DNA from: a virus
Virus record (IMG/VR): IMGVR_UViG_3300045988_000909
Coordinates: 1 to 6,085 of that record
Reading direction: 5' to 3' (one strand)
DNA length: 6,085 nt
The position numbers and the translations under genes were made by a program. Below, piece after piece: positions 5,433 to 6,085 of the stretch (the first letter of the stretch is position 1; each line of letters opens with the position of its first letter). The notes beneath the pieces are model-generated. The model was not told the origin of the DNA. It saw only the letters and a program-made list of their open reading frames with translations, and did not search any database.

Positions 5433-5498
5433 TCTAAAGAAGTCGCTCCGCTCCATTTTATATCAGGCCCTACGCGGGCGGCGGGTGTATATCGCTCC
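5418..5498. repeat. Cluster of CGCTCC hexamers (4 direct copies, 1 inverted)
   Basis: CGCTCC occurs at 5427..5432, 5444..5449, 5449..5454 (overlapping by one base) and 5493..5498. The inverted copy GGAGCG is at 5418..5423. A manual scan of all 'cgct' occurrences elsewhere in the window found no other CGCTCC. Confidence 0.7.
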
Positions 5499-5516
5499 AG
5501 AGCCGCGATGGGCTCT
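5499..5516. other. Hairpin agagcc-gcgatg-ggctct
   Basis: 5499..5504 is the exact reverse complement of 5511..5516. A competing pairing is atcgc (5491..5495) with gcgat (5505..5509). Confidence 0.55.
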
Positions 5517-5581
5517 TAGTCCTGAAGTATAGAACGTAGAATGTAGACATATTCTTCTATCACAGGGGAAAGGAGAATAGA

Positions 5582-6085
5582 TTAGTAGCCAATACCATTG
5601 GCTGAAGATGGATTGCCACGAGAACTAAACTTAAGCTTAGGCATGTTCTGGAAAATCTTAGTACCATAATCCACAGCATTACGAAGACCATAGGAATCAA
5701 AGTCTTTCTTAGCGTTTCCGGCAGACCACTTGTAATAATCACGGAGAGCTTTGTCCTTAGAATACTGCATATTCTTGCGATTATTCACATTTTTGTAATC
5801 CCATAGAGAATCATAATACTGCGTATAGTAAGCCATATTCGTAGCAGACATCAGAGCATCAGCAGTACCAGAAGCTATCTTGTTAGAAATCTTCTGGCCT
5901 TGTGTCTGAGCAGACATCTGAATAGCGCGCTGAAGTTCAGTTTGAACCTGTTTCTCAGTTAAAGCACCTTGCTGCACAAGATTATATAGATACTGAGATT
6001 TTATAAACAAATCTGCTTGTTGTTGAGTATCCATATACTTGTTCAAGATAGCTTGAGAATCAGACTGTAAATAAACCTGGGTCGT
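5582..6085 (-). CDS. VP2: Minor capsid / DNA pilot protein (VP2-like), C-terminal part (6031..6085 duplicates 1..55)
   Basis: The track ORF 5582..6046 starts with an 'M' that is really an internal TTG (Leu) codon at 6044..6046. The frame stays open upstream to the window end (..TTQVYLQSDSQAILNKYMDTQQQ..). Stop TAA is at 5582..5584. The sequence is Gln/Tyr/Lys-rich, typical of pilot proteins. Confidence 0.8.
   Translation of the reverse strand, partial: TTQVYLQSDSQAILNKYMDTQQQADLFIKSQYLYNLVQQGALTEKQVQTELQRAIQMSAQTQGQKISNKIASGTADALMSATNMAYYTQYYDSLWDYKNVNNRKNMQYSKDKALRDYYKWSAGNAKKDFDSYGLRNAVDYGTKIFQNMPKLKFSSRGNPSSANGIGY
6031..6085. repeat. Terminal direct repeat, copy 2 (circular-genome assembly overlap)
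   Basis: Identical to 1..55. This implies a 6030-nt circular unit. Confidence 0.95.

Larger units (their letters stand above)
5210..5581. promoter_or_regulatory. Single large non-coding region; probable site of promoter(s), terminator and ssDNA replication/packaging structures
   Basis: This is the only gap longer than 16 nt between genes. No ORF of 60 aa or more lies wholly within it on either strand. An AT-rich flank (5210..5250) adjoins a GC-rich core (about 5330..5520) with several perfect hairpins. The function is inferred by analogy with intergenic structures of phiX174/G4-type phages. Confidence 0.6.

Noticed and set aside
5279-5549. TAGACA direct repeats (5279..5284 and 5544..5549) bracketing the GC-rich core, as possible target-site duplications of an inserted element
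   Set aside because: A 6-bp repeat within two windows of about 40 nt is near chance expectation. No terminal inverted repeats or mobility gene accompany it.
5560-5742. 60-aa minus-strand ORF overlapping the VP2 3' end
   Set aside because: It is an alternative frame of a well-supported gene, extends only 22 nt beyond it, and is short and hydrophobic by composition.

Overview
The window is a complete, circularly permuted Microviridae (small ssDNA phage) genome. It is given as the complement of the coding strand. The first 55 nt (1..55) are identical to the last 55 nt (6031..6085), so the unit genome is 6030 nt and the window ends are an assembly overlap. All credible genes are on the minus strand and tightly packed. 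In minus-strand order they are: an 85-aa membrane-anchored hypothetical protein, a tiny membrane peptide, a 102-aa M15-type zinc peptidase, the HUH rolling-circle replication initiator (VP4-like, 560 aa), the major capsid protein (VP1-like, 581 aa), a 148-aa acidic protein (possible scaffold) and a 373-aa minor capsid/pilot protein (VP2-like). The VP2-like gene wraps across the window ends. VP1 N-terminal motifs, the long VP4, and the absence of Shine-Dalgarno sequences upstream of every start fit an Alpavirinae-like, Bacteroidota-associated microvirus; this is an inference from memory of these families, with no search run. One 372-nt non-coding region (5210..5581) contains a GC-rich island of hairpins and a clustered CGCTCC hexamer. 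The most interesting parts are the membrane-peptide plus M15-peptidase module, a candidate muralytic lysis cassette that is atypical for Microviridae, and the structured intergenic island. No rRNA, tRNA, CRISPR array, integrase or transposase was seen.
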